Source: an uncultured delta proteobacterium
GTDB taxonomy: Bacteria; Desulfobacterota; Binatia; Binatales; Binataceae
Assembly (NCBI GenBank): GCA_963813785.1
Contig: CAWFAJ010000002.1
Coordinates: 137,815 to 201,814 of the forward strand
Direction: 5' to 3'
Length of the DNA: 64,000 bases
Under the pieces are notes generated by a model. That model did no database searches and had not been told where the DNA came from. It was given only the letters and a program-made list of their open reading frames with translations. Positions 39,243 to 47,913 of this stretch are shown here, one piece after another; positions within the stretch are counted from its first letter, which is position 1; each line of letters starts with the position of its first letter. The position numbers were made by a program, and so were the translations under genes.

Positions 39243-39560
39243 ATGCCCGGATACACCATGACCATCGACGGCCAGTCGGTGAAGGGATCGAAATCCACCG
39301 GCGTGATCAATCCGGCCAGCGGAAAGGTCTTCGCCGAGGTTCCCGATTGCACCAAGGCCGAACTCGATCAGGCGATGTCCGGCGCGCAGCGTGCGTTTTT
39401 CGGAGACCTCAAGGGCCGTTTGGCTTTACGGAAATCCAGGTGGTTAACTCGGTCAAGCTGTGAGGCGCGCGCACCGAAGACATCCTATAATGTGGTAACA
39501 GCTGTCGCCTCGGGGTACCGTGAAATTCGAGCGATACCCGGGGGGGCGGCGTTTTTCTGA
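39243..39560 (+). pseudogene. Aldehyde dehydrogenase N-terminal stub. About 58 aa are homologous (MPGYTMTIDGQSVKGSKSTGVINPASGKVFAEVPDCTKAELDQAMSGAQRAF), then unrelated sequence to the stop.
   Basis: Intact AGGAG RBS and ATG. ALDH-type N-terminus ends near 39416, and no ALDH continuation is found in any frame. Confidence 0.55.
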
Positions 39561-40293
39561 AATGGGACACTACGACGACTATAAGCGGCGAGTGCTGCGC
39601 ACCAGCCAGCGGCTGTCCGCCGACGGTTACTTCGGATCGAAGTCCGGCAGCGCGGGCAACGTCTCGATGCTCGTTGAGGACGAGGACGCCGTCGTCATCA
39701 CGCCGACACACCTTCAATACAACCTGATGACGATCGAGGACATCTGCGTGGTGGACTTCGACCTCGCGCGAATCGAGGGCGAGCGCAAACCGTCGATCGA
39801 AACTCCGATGCACGTAGCGACGTACAAAATGCGCGCCGACGTGAGCGCCGTCATCCATACCCATCAGCTGTCCGCGAGCGCGCTCAGCGTGCTGAACCAG
39901 CCGATCCCGCCGCTGTTCGACGAAGTCACGCTGGCGATAGGCAAGACCATCGAGGTCGTGCCCTACGCCCTGTCAGGCTCGCGCGAACTGCACGATAACG
40001 TCGCGCGCAAGCTCGCCAATCGATGCCACTGCTACATAATTCAGAACCATGGCGCGCTTTCCATCGGCACCGATCTCGACGAGACTTTCACTTTTGTAGA
40101 GTTGCTCGAGAAGTCCGCCACGATTTATATGCAAGCGCTGGCGACCGGCAAGCCGATAACCATTCTTCCTGACAAGACCGTCGCGAAGCTTCACTCCGCG
40201 GTGATCGCACGCCAGGATCGCGAAATCGCGCGCAAGCAAGCACGCCACATCGCGCAAGTGAAAGTCGCCCCCGAGGCGGAACCGAGTCACTGA
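39520..40293 (+). CDS. Class II aldolase/adducin-family protein (fuculose-phosphate aldolase-like).
   Basis: His-rich metal site pattern (HTHQ...). Likely true start at MGHYDD, about 39562. Confidence 0.75.
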   Translation: MKFERYPGGRRFSEMGHYDDYKRRVLRTSQRLSADGYFGSKSGSAGNVSMLVEDEDAVVITPTHLQYNLMTIEDICVVDFDLARIEGERKPSIETPMHVATYKMRADVSAVIHTHQLSASALSVLNQPIPPLFDEVTLAIGKTIEVVPYALSGSRELHDNVARKLANRCHCYIIQNHGALSIGTDLDETFTFVELLEKSATIYMQALATGKPITILPDKTVAKLHSAVIARQDREIARKQARHIAQVKVAPEAEPSH

Positions 40294-41240
40294 TGAGCGG
40301 CCCGGCGGTGACGCTCGGCGCGCACGTCCTCGACATCCTCGGCCGCTACGTGACTCATATCCCCGAGGGGCAAGGCAGCGTGTTGCTCGACGAGATTCGG
40401 CTCGCACCGGCTGGGTCTGCGGCGGGCACAGCAGTTGGCCTGGCGAAACTGGGACTCTCGGTTGCGACGGTGGGCGCCGTGGGCGACGATGCCCTGGGAG
40501 ACGTACTTATCCGCGCGCTGAACGGCTTCGGCGTCGATACCAGCCACGTTATTCGCAAGCCCGCCGTCCAGACCGCGGCCAGTATCCTGCCGATTAGGCC
40601 CAACGGTGAACGGCCTGCGCTTCATGCGATCGGAGCCAACGCCGTCTATTCGATCGACGACGTACCCTGGCCGTTGATCGAGCGCGCGGCGCATCTGCAT
40701 CTGGGCGGGAGCGATTCGATGCGCGGCCTGGGGCGCGATGGAGCCGCGCAGATACTCCGGCGCGCACGCGACAGCGGCGCGACCACCAGCATGGACATCC
40801 TGAGCGAAGGCTCGCCCAAGCTGCTCGCCATCCTGAAGCCGTGCCTGCCATTCGTTGATTGGTTCATGCCCAACGCCGATCAAGCTTGCAAGCTCACGCA
40901 ATCACAGGCGCCCGAAGAGGCCGCCCAGCACCTGCTCGACCTCGGCGTGCGCGGAGTCGTGCTCACGATGGGCGGCGACGGCAGCCTTCTAGTGACTGCG
41001 CGTGCGAAGGTGCATCTGGCGGCGCACGATATCGCGGTAGTTGACACGTCGGGATGCGGCGACGCGTATTGCGCCGGCTTCATTTGCGCGATCCGGCTGG
41101 GTTGGCCGCCGTCGGAATGCATGAAGCTCGGCAATGCCGCGGCAGCGTTGGTGGCGCAAGGCCTGGGCTCGGACGCCGGCATCCGCGATTTGGCCGAAAC
41201 CGTCCGCTTCATGCGCGAAGCTCCCTTGCGTTCGAGCTGA
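40293..41240 (+). CDS. PfkB-family carbohydrate kinase.
   Basis: Ribokinase-like fold motifs, including the C-terminal DTSGCGDAYCAGF. Start overlaps the aldolase stop (ATGA). Confidence 0.85.
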   Translation: MSGPAVTLGAHVLDILGRYVTHIPEGQGSVLLDEIRLAPAGSAAGTAVGLAKLGLSVATVGAVGDDALGDVLIRALNGFGVDTSHVIRKPAVQTAASILPIRPNGERPALHAIGANAVYSIDDVPWPLIERAAHLHLGGSDSMRGLGRDGAAQILRRARDSGATTSMDILSEGSPKLLAILKPCLPFVDWFMPNADQACKLTQSQAPEEAAQHLLDLGVRGVVLTMGGDGSLLVTARAKVHLAAHDIAVVDTSGCGDAYCAGFICAIRLGWPPSECMKLGNAAAALVAQGLGSDAGIRDLAETVRFMREAPLRSS

Positions 41241-41285
41241 CACAGCTTGAAGTATATATTTGCGAGTGACTATTCGAGTGGCTAA

Positions 41286-43013
41286 TCAGCCCGGATATGG
41301 ATAGCCATTCGCGAGCGCCCTGGCCAGCGACGCATCATAGCCATATATGTCATCGAAAAAGCGGACTTCGCCATCCGGATCAACTACTGCAGTACTATAG
41401 AGAATTAGTACCGGAATAGGCTTGTCGAGGTTTACTTGTACGGTGGTGTCGCCATTCATCGTGGCGCGAATTTTGTCCACCGTCCACTCGGGCTTGTCGC
41501 GCAGCACCCATGCCGCCAGGGCGACCGGATCTTCGACCCGGATGCATCCGTGACTGAAGTCGCGGCGGGAACGCGCGAACAGTTCCTGCTCCGGCGTGCC
41601 GTGCATGTACACGTTGTATTGATTGGGGAATATGAACTTGACCAGGCCGAGCGCATTCTTGGGTCCAGGCAGCTGTCGAGCGCTCAGTGCGCCGGAACGA
41701 AGTCCGCTGATGACGTCGTCCGACGCCGGCGATGACGGAACAACGTCGCCGCTTCCGTCCACTACTTCGAATCCATGATCTGCCAGATAATCGGGATCGC
41801 GGCGCGTCTTCGGCACCAGCTCGTTGCGCTGGATCGACAGCGGAACAAGCCAATATGGGCGGAAGATTACATACTTCATGTCATCGGCGAACACGGGCGT
41901 CTGCGTCCGCATCGCCCTGCCGACGACTACTTTCATCGTCAGGTAGGTGGCCGGCTGGCGGCGCATCGTACGCAGCCGAAATTCGGGGATGTTGACGATG
42001 ATTGGCGGCTTGGGGAAATCCGGCGGTATCCAGCGATATCGTTCCAGCGTGAGTTGGAGCTGTTGCACGCGGGTCTTAAGCGGTACGTTCAATTGGGTCA
42101 CGGTGCCCTTACCCAACACACCGTCGATATCGAGGCCATTGCGACGCTGGAAATTTTTGACGGCGTCGACGACGGCGCCGCTGTAAACGGTCGAGTTAGC
42201 GGGCACGTCGACGTTCGATGGGAGATCTGGAAGCTGACGCAATCGCGCGACCAGCTGTGGCATCGAAGCAAATGGATTTCCGGGGCGCACACCCTTTTGC
42301 GGTACAGGTATGAGCGGAGCATCACCCGCGCTCGCCATCTTCAAGTAGGTGAGGAGCGCATCTTCGGCTCGCCGATAACCATCGTAATGCGGTTCGACTT
42401 GCGCGATGACCGCCGGAATGTCCGACGCCGCAAGCACCTGCGTTCTCAGCATGTCGGCCAAGTCCAACCGCTTGGGTCCGACGACCAGGCCGAACTTGAA
42501 GTGTTGCGGGTTCACCCTGCCAACATGCAGGGCGGAAATGTAGCGCATCGCGCAGACCGTCAGCGCCAAATCGAAATGCGCAAGGTCGGTGTCGGATGCT
42601 TTCGGGGCCGCCGGTTGGAGCTTGGCCAGTCGCGCGTCCCATCGCGAGGCGTCGTAGTCGTCGGGGTTGAGGCCCTTCAAAGCCGCCTGCTGAAAGAGCA
42701 GGATCATCGAGAGGGCTTGAGGGCTGGCCTTGTCGTTTTGGATCCAGGCCAGTGAATTTCCACCCTGGTCGTAGAATTTTTTTACATCGTCGCGATAGTC
42801 GGTGAAATTGGGCCAGCGCAAATCCGGCAGTGTGCCTGCGGCGATCAGAGCGCCGAGATCATCAGCGCCTTGAGCTGCGGCGGTGCTGGCAGGCGGTACC
42901 GCGGTGGGCGTCGGAGTCGCCGCGGGAGAGCCGGCGGCGAAGGCCGTGCTGGTCGCGGCGCCGCAGCACAGCGTTGCGATCAATGCCGCCAACATAGATT
43001 TGTGAATTTTCAT
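41286..43013 (-). CDS. L,D-transpeptidase, YcbB/LdtD-like, with a peptidoglycan-binding domain.
   Basis: PG_binding_1 (VKNFQRRNGLDIDGVLGKGT) plus a YkuD catalytic domain (HGTPEQ...SHGCIRV). Start MKIHKSMLAALIATL (signal) at 43013. Confidence 0.85.
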   Translation of the reverse strand: MKIHKSMLAALIATLCCGAATSTAFAAGSPAATPTPTAVPPASTAAAQGADDLGALIAAGTLPDLRWPNFTDYRDDVKKFYDQGGNSLAWIQNDKASPQALSMILLFQQAALKGLNPDDYDASRWDARLAKLQPAAPKASDTDLAHFDLALTVCAMRYISALHVGRVNPQHFKFGLVVGPKRLDLADMLRTQVLAASDIPAVIAQVEPHYDGYRRAEDALLTYLKMASAGDAPLIPVPQKGVRPGNPFASMPQLVARLRQLPDLPSNVDVPANSTVYSGAVVDAVKNFQRRNGLDIDGVLGKGTVTQLNVPLKTRVQQLQLTLERYRWIPPDFPKPPIIVNIPEFRLRTMRRQPATYLTMKVVVGRAMRTQTPVFADDMKYVIFRPYWLVPLSIQRNELVPKTRRDPDYLADHGFEVVDGSGDVVPSSPASDDVISGLRSGALSARQLPGPKNALGLVKFIFPNQYNVYMHGTPEQELFARSRRDFSHGCIRVEDPVALAAWVLRDKPEWTVDKIRATMNGDTTVQVNLDKPIPVLILYSTAVVDPDGEVRFFDDIYGYDASLARALANGYPYPG

Positions 43014-43257
43014 GCTTGTCCGCCCCGCGCGGTGACACTCTACATAGGTTGCGCGCCGATTCGCCGCAAGAGCGAGGCGATGAACCTCTCGACCGGAATT
43101 TCCGCTTTGAAACCCGATGCAACTTGGCACAAGACCAGGCGGCGATCGATGCAGGGAATAAGGACTTAGCGTTAATGCAGGCTATCCGCCGGCACCGCGA
43201 AAGAGCTGACGAATTCCCCCGGCGAACGAAGTTCCGAGATCGACATGGCGCTCCTGC

Positions 43258-44067
43258 CTAGACGTCGTGGCCGAACATTGCGCGCAGCGCCGCCCGGCCC
43301 GGCTCCAGCATCTTGTCGTAAGCGGGCCCGAAATCCCGGAACAGCTCCTGCCTGGTGAGGGGGAACTCATTCGCCTGCGCCGCCAGAATCTCCTTCGTGA
43401 CAGGCCGCACCGCCATCGCGTCGTAGAACTTCCGCAGGCGCTCGTCGCCTTCCAGCAGATTCATGAAGGGTATGTCAAAGAGTGCGGAAAACGTCCTACC
43501 GAGCTCCAGTATGTGAAAGAGATGGAAGTCCGGAAGGCAAGGCTCCTGCCCCAGGACGAAGGGCTGCAGGCGGGCGCTGCCGCTCAGACGCCCGAGCGCG
43601 CTTCTGACCATCAGCATCGACCATGTGCTGAAAATCCGGGACTCATTCTCGGTCTTTGCCCCCCACGCCTTGGGAAAGTAGCCACTGACCACGAACCAGT
43701 TGAAGAACGGGCCGCTGATCGAGAACGTAATGAAGTCGTTCAGCGCGTCGACTTCGGCACAGCGGAGCGGATCGTGGCAAGGGTAGAACTGGGCCGCCGC
43801 CGGATAGCTTCTGGCAAGGTACCGGCAGATCGCCTGGCTTTCGGATATGAACACGCCGTTGGTGTCCTCGAGCGTAGGGATCTTGCCGAGCGGATTCATC
43901 GCCCGGTGCTGGTCCGCGATGGTGCCGCCCACATAAGGCGAGACGCGCTCATAGCGGAAATCGAGGCCTGATTCCTTCAGCATCTGGGCTACCAAGGACA
44001 TGAAGGGCGAGAGCCAGAATCCGTAGAGAACCCGTTGGCCGCCCTGCCCCTCGTGTTTCGTTGCCAT
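43258..44067 (-). CDS. Glutathione S-transferase family protein.
   Basis: Thioredoxin-like N-domain (LYGFWLSPF...IPTLED...SESQAICRYL) plus a helical C-domain. Confidence 0.75.
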   Translation of the reverse strand: MATKHEGQGGQRVLYGFWLSPFMSLVAQMLKESGLDFRYERVSPYVGGTIADQHRAMNPLGKIPTLEDTNGVFISESQAICRYLARSYPAAAQFYPCHDPLRCAEVDALNDFITFSISGPFFNWFVVSGYFPKAWGAKTENESRIFSTWSMLMVRSALGRLSGSARLQPFVLGQEPCLPDFHLFHILELGRTFSALFDIPFMNLLEGDERLRKFYDAMAVRPVTKEILAAQANEFPLTRQELFRDFGPAYDKMLEPGRAALRAMFGHDV

Positions 44068-44370
44068 TGGCTTGCTCCCGTTTTCCGGACCAGATTACGG
44101 TAAGCACCGCCGCAGCGCCACAGCGCAACCGGGGCATCCTTGCGTTCAACCGGAATTTCCGTTTTGACTCTGCGATTCGCACTCACCGTTTAGGCCAAGT
44201 GGCCTCGCACTGCGCGGTTTTATTTTTGATCCACGGGGTTACCAGCGGCGCCGGGAGGGGGCCGACTCGCCGCAAGCGCGCCGGGTGCTTTCGCGCGGCG
44301 GGCTCATCATGCTTTAGATAGAAATTAAGGCGCAGGATCGAGGTGACTCAACAAAAGAGACGAGAGAAAT

Positions 44371-47300
44371 ATGACTCCGAACAGTCTTCTGATCGCCAAC
44401 CGTGGTGAGATCGCAATTCGCATCATCCGTGCGGCCGCCGAGATGGGCATCCGCACCGTGACCGTTTTCCCGGACGACGATTCCGCGTCGCTGCACACGC
44501 GCAAGGCCGACGAGGCGCGGCGTCTAAGCGGCACGGGCGCGGCCGCGTACCTCGACGGAGAGCAGATTATCGCGCTCGCCAAAGAGGCCGGCTGCGATGC
44601 GATCCATCCCGGCTACGGCTTTCTCAGCGAGAACGCCGGCTTTGCGCGGCGATGCGCAGCCGAGGGCATCACCTTCGTGGGACCGCGAGCCGAGATACTC
44701 GAACTTTTCGGCGACAAGGTGCAGGCGCGGCGGCTGGCCGAGCGATGCGGCGTGCCGATCCTGCGCGGCACCTCGGGGCCGACGAGTCTCGATGAAGCGC
44801 GGCGCTTTTTTTCGTCGTTGGGCGAAGGCGCTTCGATGATGATCAAAGCGGTGGCAGGCGGCGGCGGCCGCGGGATGCGCGCCGTCTCGCGCATCGAGGA
44901 AATCGAGAAAGCATACAAACGCTGTCAGTCCGAGGCGCGCGCGTCATTCGGCAACGGCGACGTGTACGTCGAGCAGTTGATGCCGCGCGCGCGTCATATA
45001 GAAGTGCAGATCATCGGGGATGGATCGGGGAACGTCAGCCACCTCTGGGAGCGCGAATGCAGCATCCAGCGCCGCAATCAGAAGATCGTGGAGATAGCGC
45101 CGAGCCCGGGACTGGCGCCGGCGCTTCGCGATCGGCTGACGGCGGCCGCGGTGCGGATGGCCAAGGAGGTGCGCTACGACAACCTCGGCACGTTCGAGTT
45201 TCTGGTCAATGGCGACGCATCCGCGAAGAATGACGAGCCGGGCTTTGCGTTCATCGAGGCCAACCCGCGGCTCCAGGTCGAGCACACCGTCACCGAAGAG
45301 GTGACGGGCATCGACCTCGTCAAGCTGCAAATTCAACTGGCGGCAGGCCGCTCGCTCGCGGAGCTGGGGATGCAACAAGCGGACATTCCCAAACCGCGCG
45401 GGTTCGCGATGCAGGTGCGAATCAACATGGAATCGATGCGCGCCGATGGCACCACGAAGCCGGCGGGCGGGACGATCACCGCGTTCGAGGCGCCGTCGGG
45501 ACCGCGCGTGCGGACCGATTCGTTCGCCTATGCGGGATATGCGACGAGCGCGAACTTCGATTCGATGCTCGCCAAACTCATTACGCACTCGCACTCGGCG
45601 GACTTCGCCGACGTGGTGACGAAAACATATCGCGCGCTATGCGAATTCAGAATCGAGGGCGTGCCGACCAACATTGGATTCCTGCAAAGCCTGCTGCGGC
45701 ATCCCGAGTTCATCGCGAATCGTGTGTACACGCGCTTCGTCGAGGACAATATCGCGGAGCTGGTTGGCGGCGCACAATCCGGGCATCAGCGGCTGTTCTT
45801 CGGGCATTCGGCGCCGGCTCCCAGAGCCGGCGCTGAGCATGCAGGCGCACGGCGCGCAGGAGCAAAGATCGACGCGAGCGATCCGCTGGCAGTGCTCCAT
45901 CATGGCAAATCCGGGATTCAACCGCCGTCGCAATTGGCGGCTCCCACCACGGTTGCGACGCCACCGCCGCAAGACATCACGGGGCCTGAGAACACGGTGG
46001 CGATCGAGGCTCCGATGCAGGGCACGATCGTATCCGTCGATGTCAGCGAAGGCGACCGGGTACATCGCGGCCAGCAACTGTTCATCATGGAAGCGATGAA
46101 AATGGAGCACGTCATCGCGGCCGACAAGAGCGGGATCGTGCGGCGCATCACGGTGGCCAAGGGCGACGCAATCTTCGAAGGACATCCGCTTGCTTTTATC
46201 GAGGAGGCCGACGTCGAAACGACCCATCGCGACGCCGCGAAGGACGTGGACCTGGATCGCGTGCGTCCCGATCTCGCGGAAGTGATCGAGCGTCATGCGC
46301 TTGGACTCGACGCCGCGCGGCCCGACGCGGTCGCGCGCCGCCGCAAGACCGGGCAGCGCACCACTCGCGAAAATATCGACGACCTGTGCGACCCGGGCAC
46401 CTTCGTCGAGTACGGTCCACTGGTGATCGCGGCGCAGCGGCGGCGGCGCACGATCGAGGACCTGATCAAGAACACGCCGGCCGATGGAATGGTCGCCGGA
46501 ATCGGACGCGTCAACGGTGACCTGTTCGAGGAATCCAAAGCGCAATGCATCCTCATGTCGTACGATTACACCGTGCTGGCCGGCACGCAGGGGGCACAGA
46601 ACCATCGCAAGAAAGACAGGATGTTCGAAATCGCGCAGAAGTCGCGCCTGCCGGTGGTGTTCTTCACCGAGGGCGGCGGCGGACGTCCGGGCGATACCGA
46701 CGGGCTTGGCGTGGCGGGACTCGACTGCCTGGCGTTCAACTACTGGGGGAAGCTGAGCGGTCTGGTGCCGCTGGTGGGTATCAACTCGGGCAGGTGCTTC
46801 GCCGGCAATGCAGCATTGCTCGGATGCTGCGATGTAGTAATCGCCACCAGGGGATCCAACATCGGGATGGGCGGTCCCGCAATGATCGAAGGCGGCGGAC
46901 TGGGTATCTTTCGACCGGAAGAAGTAGGACCGATGGACGTGCAAGTGGCTAATGGCGTGGTAGATATTCCAGTCGCCGACGAAGCCGAAGCAGTACTAGT
47001 GGCCAAGAAGTACCTATCCTACTTCCAGGGAGAGACTCGCGATTGGGAATGCGCCGACCAGCGTTTGTTGCGCACGATCATTCCCGAGAATCGACTTCGT
47101 ATCTACGATGTCCGATCGGTCATCGAGACTCTGGCCGATACCGGATCGGTGCTCGAGATACGGCGGCAGTTCGGCCCCGGGATGGTGACGGCGTTGATCA
47201 GGATCGAAGGACGCCCGGTCGGACTGATCGCCAACAACCCGGTTTATCTCGCGGGCGCAATTGACAGCAACGGCGCCGACAAGGCCGCGCGCTTCATGCA

Positions 47301-47817
47301 GCTTTGCGACGCGTTCGACATTCCGCTGGTGTTTCTGTGCGATACTCCCGGCATCATGGTTGGCCCGGAGGTGGAGAAGACGGCGCTGGTGCGGCACGCG
47401 GCGCGGATGTTCGTGACCGGCGCCAACATCAGCGTGCCGTTTTTTACGATCGTGCTGCGCAAGGGCTACGGACTGGGCGCGCAGGCGATGGCGGGCGGCA
47501 GCTTCAAGGCGCCATTTTTCACGGTGGCGTGGCCGACAGGAGAGTTCGGCGGCATGGGACTGGAGGGCGCGGTGAAGCTCGGCTATCGCAACGAACTCGC
47601 CGCGGTTACGGAACCCGGGAAGCGCAAAGCACTGTTCGACGAAATGGTGGAGCGGATGTATCGCCACGGGAAAGCGGTGAACACCGCGACGCACTTCGAG
47701 ATCGACGACGTCATCGATCCGCTCGACTCGCGCAAATGGATCGCCGCGGGTCTGCGCGCGACCCCGCCGAACGCGCCGCGCACCGGCAAGAAGCGGCCCA
47801 ACGTCGATAGCTGGTGA
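44371..47817 (+). CDS. Single-chain biotin-dependent acyl-CoA carboxylase (BC-BCCP-CT in one 1148-aa polypeptide; LCC-like).
   Basis: N-terminal biotin carboxylase ATP-grasp domain, a biotinyl domain with EAMKME, and a C-terminal carboxyltransferase domain (two crotonase-like halves). Confidence 0.85.
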   Translation: MTPNSLLIANRGEIAIRIIRAAAEMGIRTVTVFPDDDSASLHTRKADEARRLSGTGAAAYLDGEQIIALAKEAGCDAIHPGYGFLSENAGFARRCAAEGITFVGPRAEILELFGDKVQARRLAERCGVPILRGTSGPTSLDEARRFFSSLGEGASMMIKAVAGGGGRGMRAVSRIEEIEKAYKRCQSEARASFGNGDVYVEQLMPRARHIEVQIIGDGSGNVSHLWERECSIQRRNQKIVEIAPSPGLAPALRDRLTAAAVRMAKEVRYDNLGTFEFLVNGDASAKNDEPGFAFIEANPRLQVEHTVTEEVTGIDLVKLQIQLAAGRSLAELGMQQADIPKPRGFAMQVRINMESMRADGTTKPAGGTITAFEAPSGPRVRTDSFAYAGYATSANFDSMLAKLITHSHSADFADVVTKTYRALCEFRIEGVPTNIGFLQSLLRHPEFIANRVYTRFVEDNIAELVGGAQSGHQRLFFGHSAPAPRAGAEHAGARRAGAKIDASDPLAVLHHGKSGIQPPSQLAAPTTVATPPPQDITGPENTVAIEAPMQGTIVSVDVSEGDRVHRGQQLFIMEAMKMEHVIAADKSGIVRRITVAKGDAIFEGHPLAFIEEADVETTHRDAAKDVDLDRVRPDLAEVIERHALGLDAARPDAVARRRKTGQRTTRENIDDLCDPGTFVEYGPLVIAAQRRRRTIEDLIKNTPADGMVAGIGRVNGDLFEESKAQCILMSYDYTVLAGTQGAQNHRKKDRMFEIAQKSRLPVVFFTEGGGGRPGDTDGLGVAGLDCLAFNYWGKLSGLVPLVGINSGRCFAGNAALLGCCDVVIATRGSNIGMGGPAMIEGGGLGIFRPEEVGPMDVQVANGVVDIPVADEAEAVLVAKKYLSYFQGETRDWECADQRLLRTIIPENRLRIYDVRSVIETLADTGSVLEIRRQFGPGMVTALIRIEGRPVGLIANNPVYLAGAIDSNGADKAARFMQLCDAFDIPLVFLCDTPGIMVGPEVEKTALVRHAARMFVTGANISVPFFTIVLRKGYGLGAQAMAGGSFKAPFFTVAWPTGEFGGMGLEGAVKLGYRNELAAVTEPGKRKALFDEMVERMYRHGKAVNTATHFEIDDVIDPLDSRKWIAAGLRATPPNAPRTGKKRPNVDSW

Positions 47818-47913
47818 CCGGCGCCGCGCTGCATACCGGCAGGCTGCTTGCGCGATCGCGATCGATGTTAAATCATCGGGACGTGAGTGTGACCGAAGCG
47901 GAATCAAAGACTG

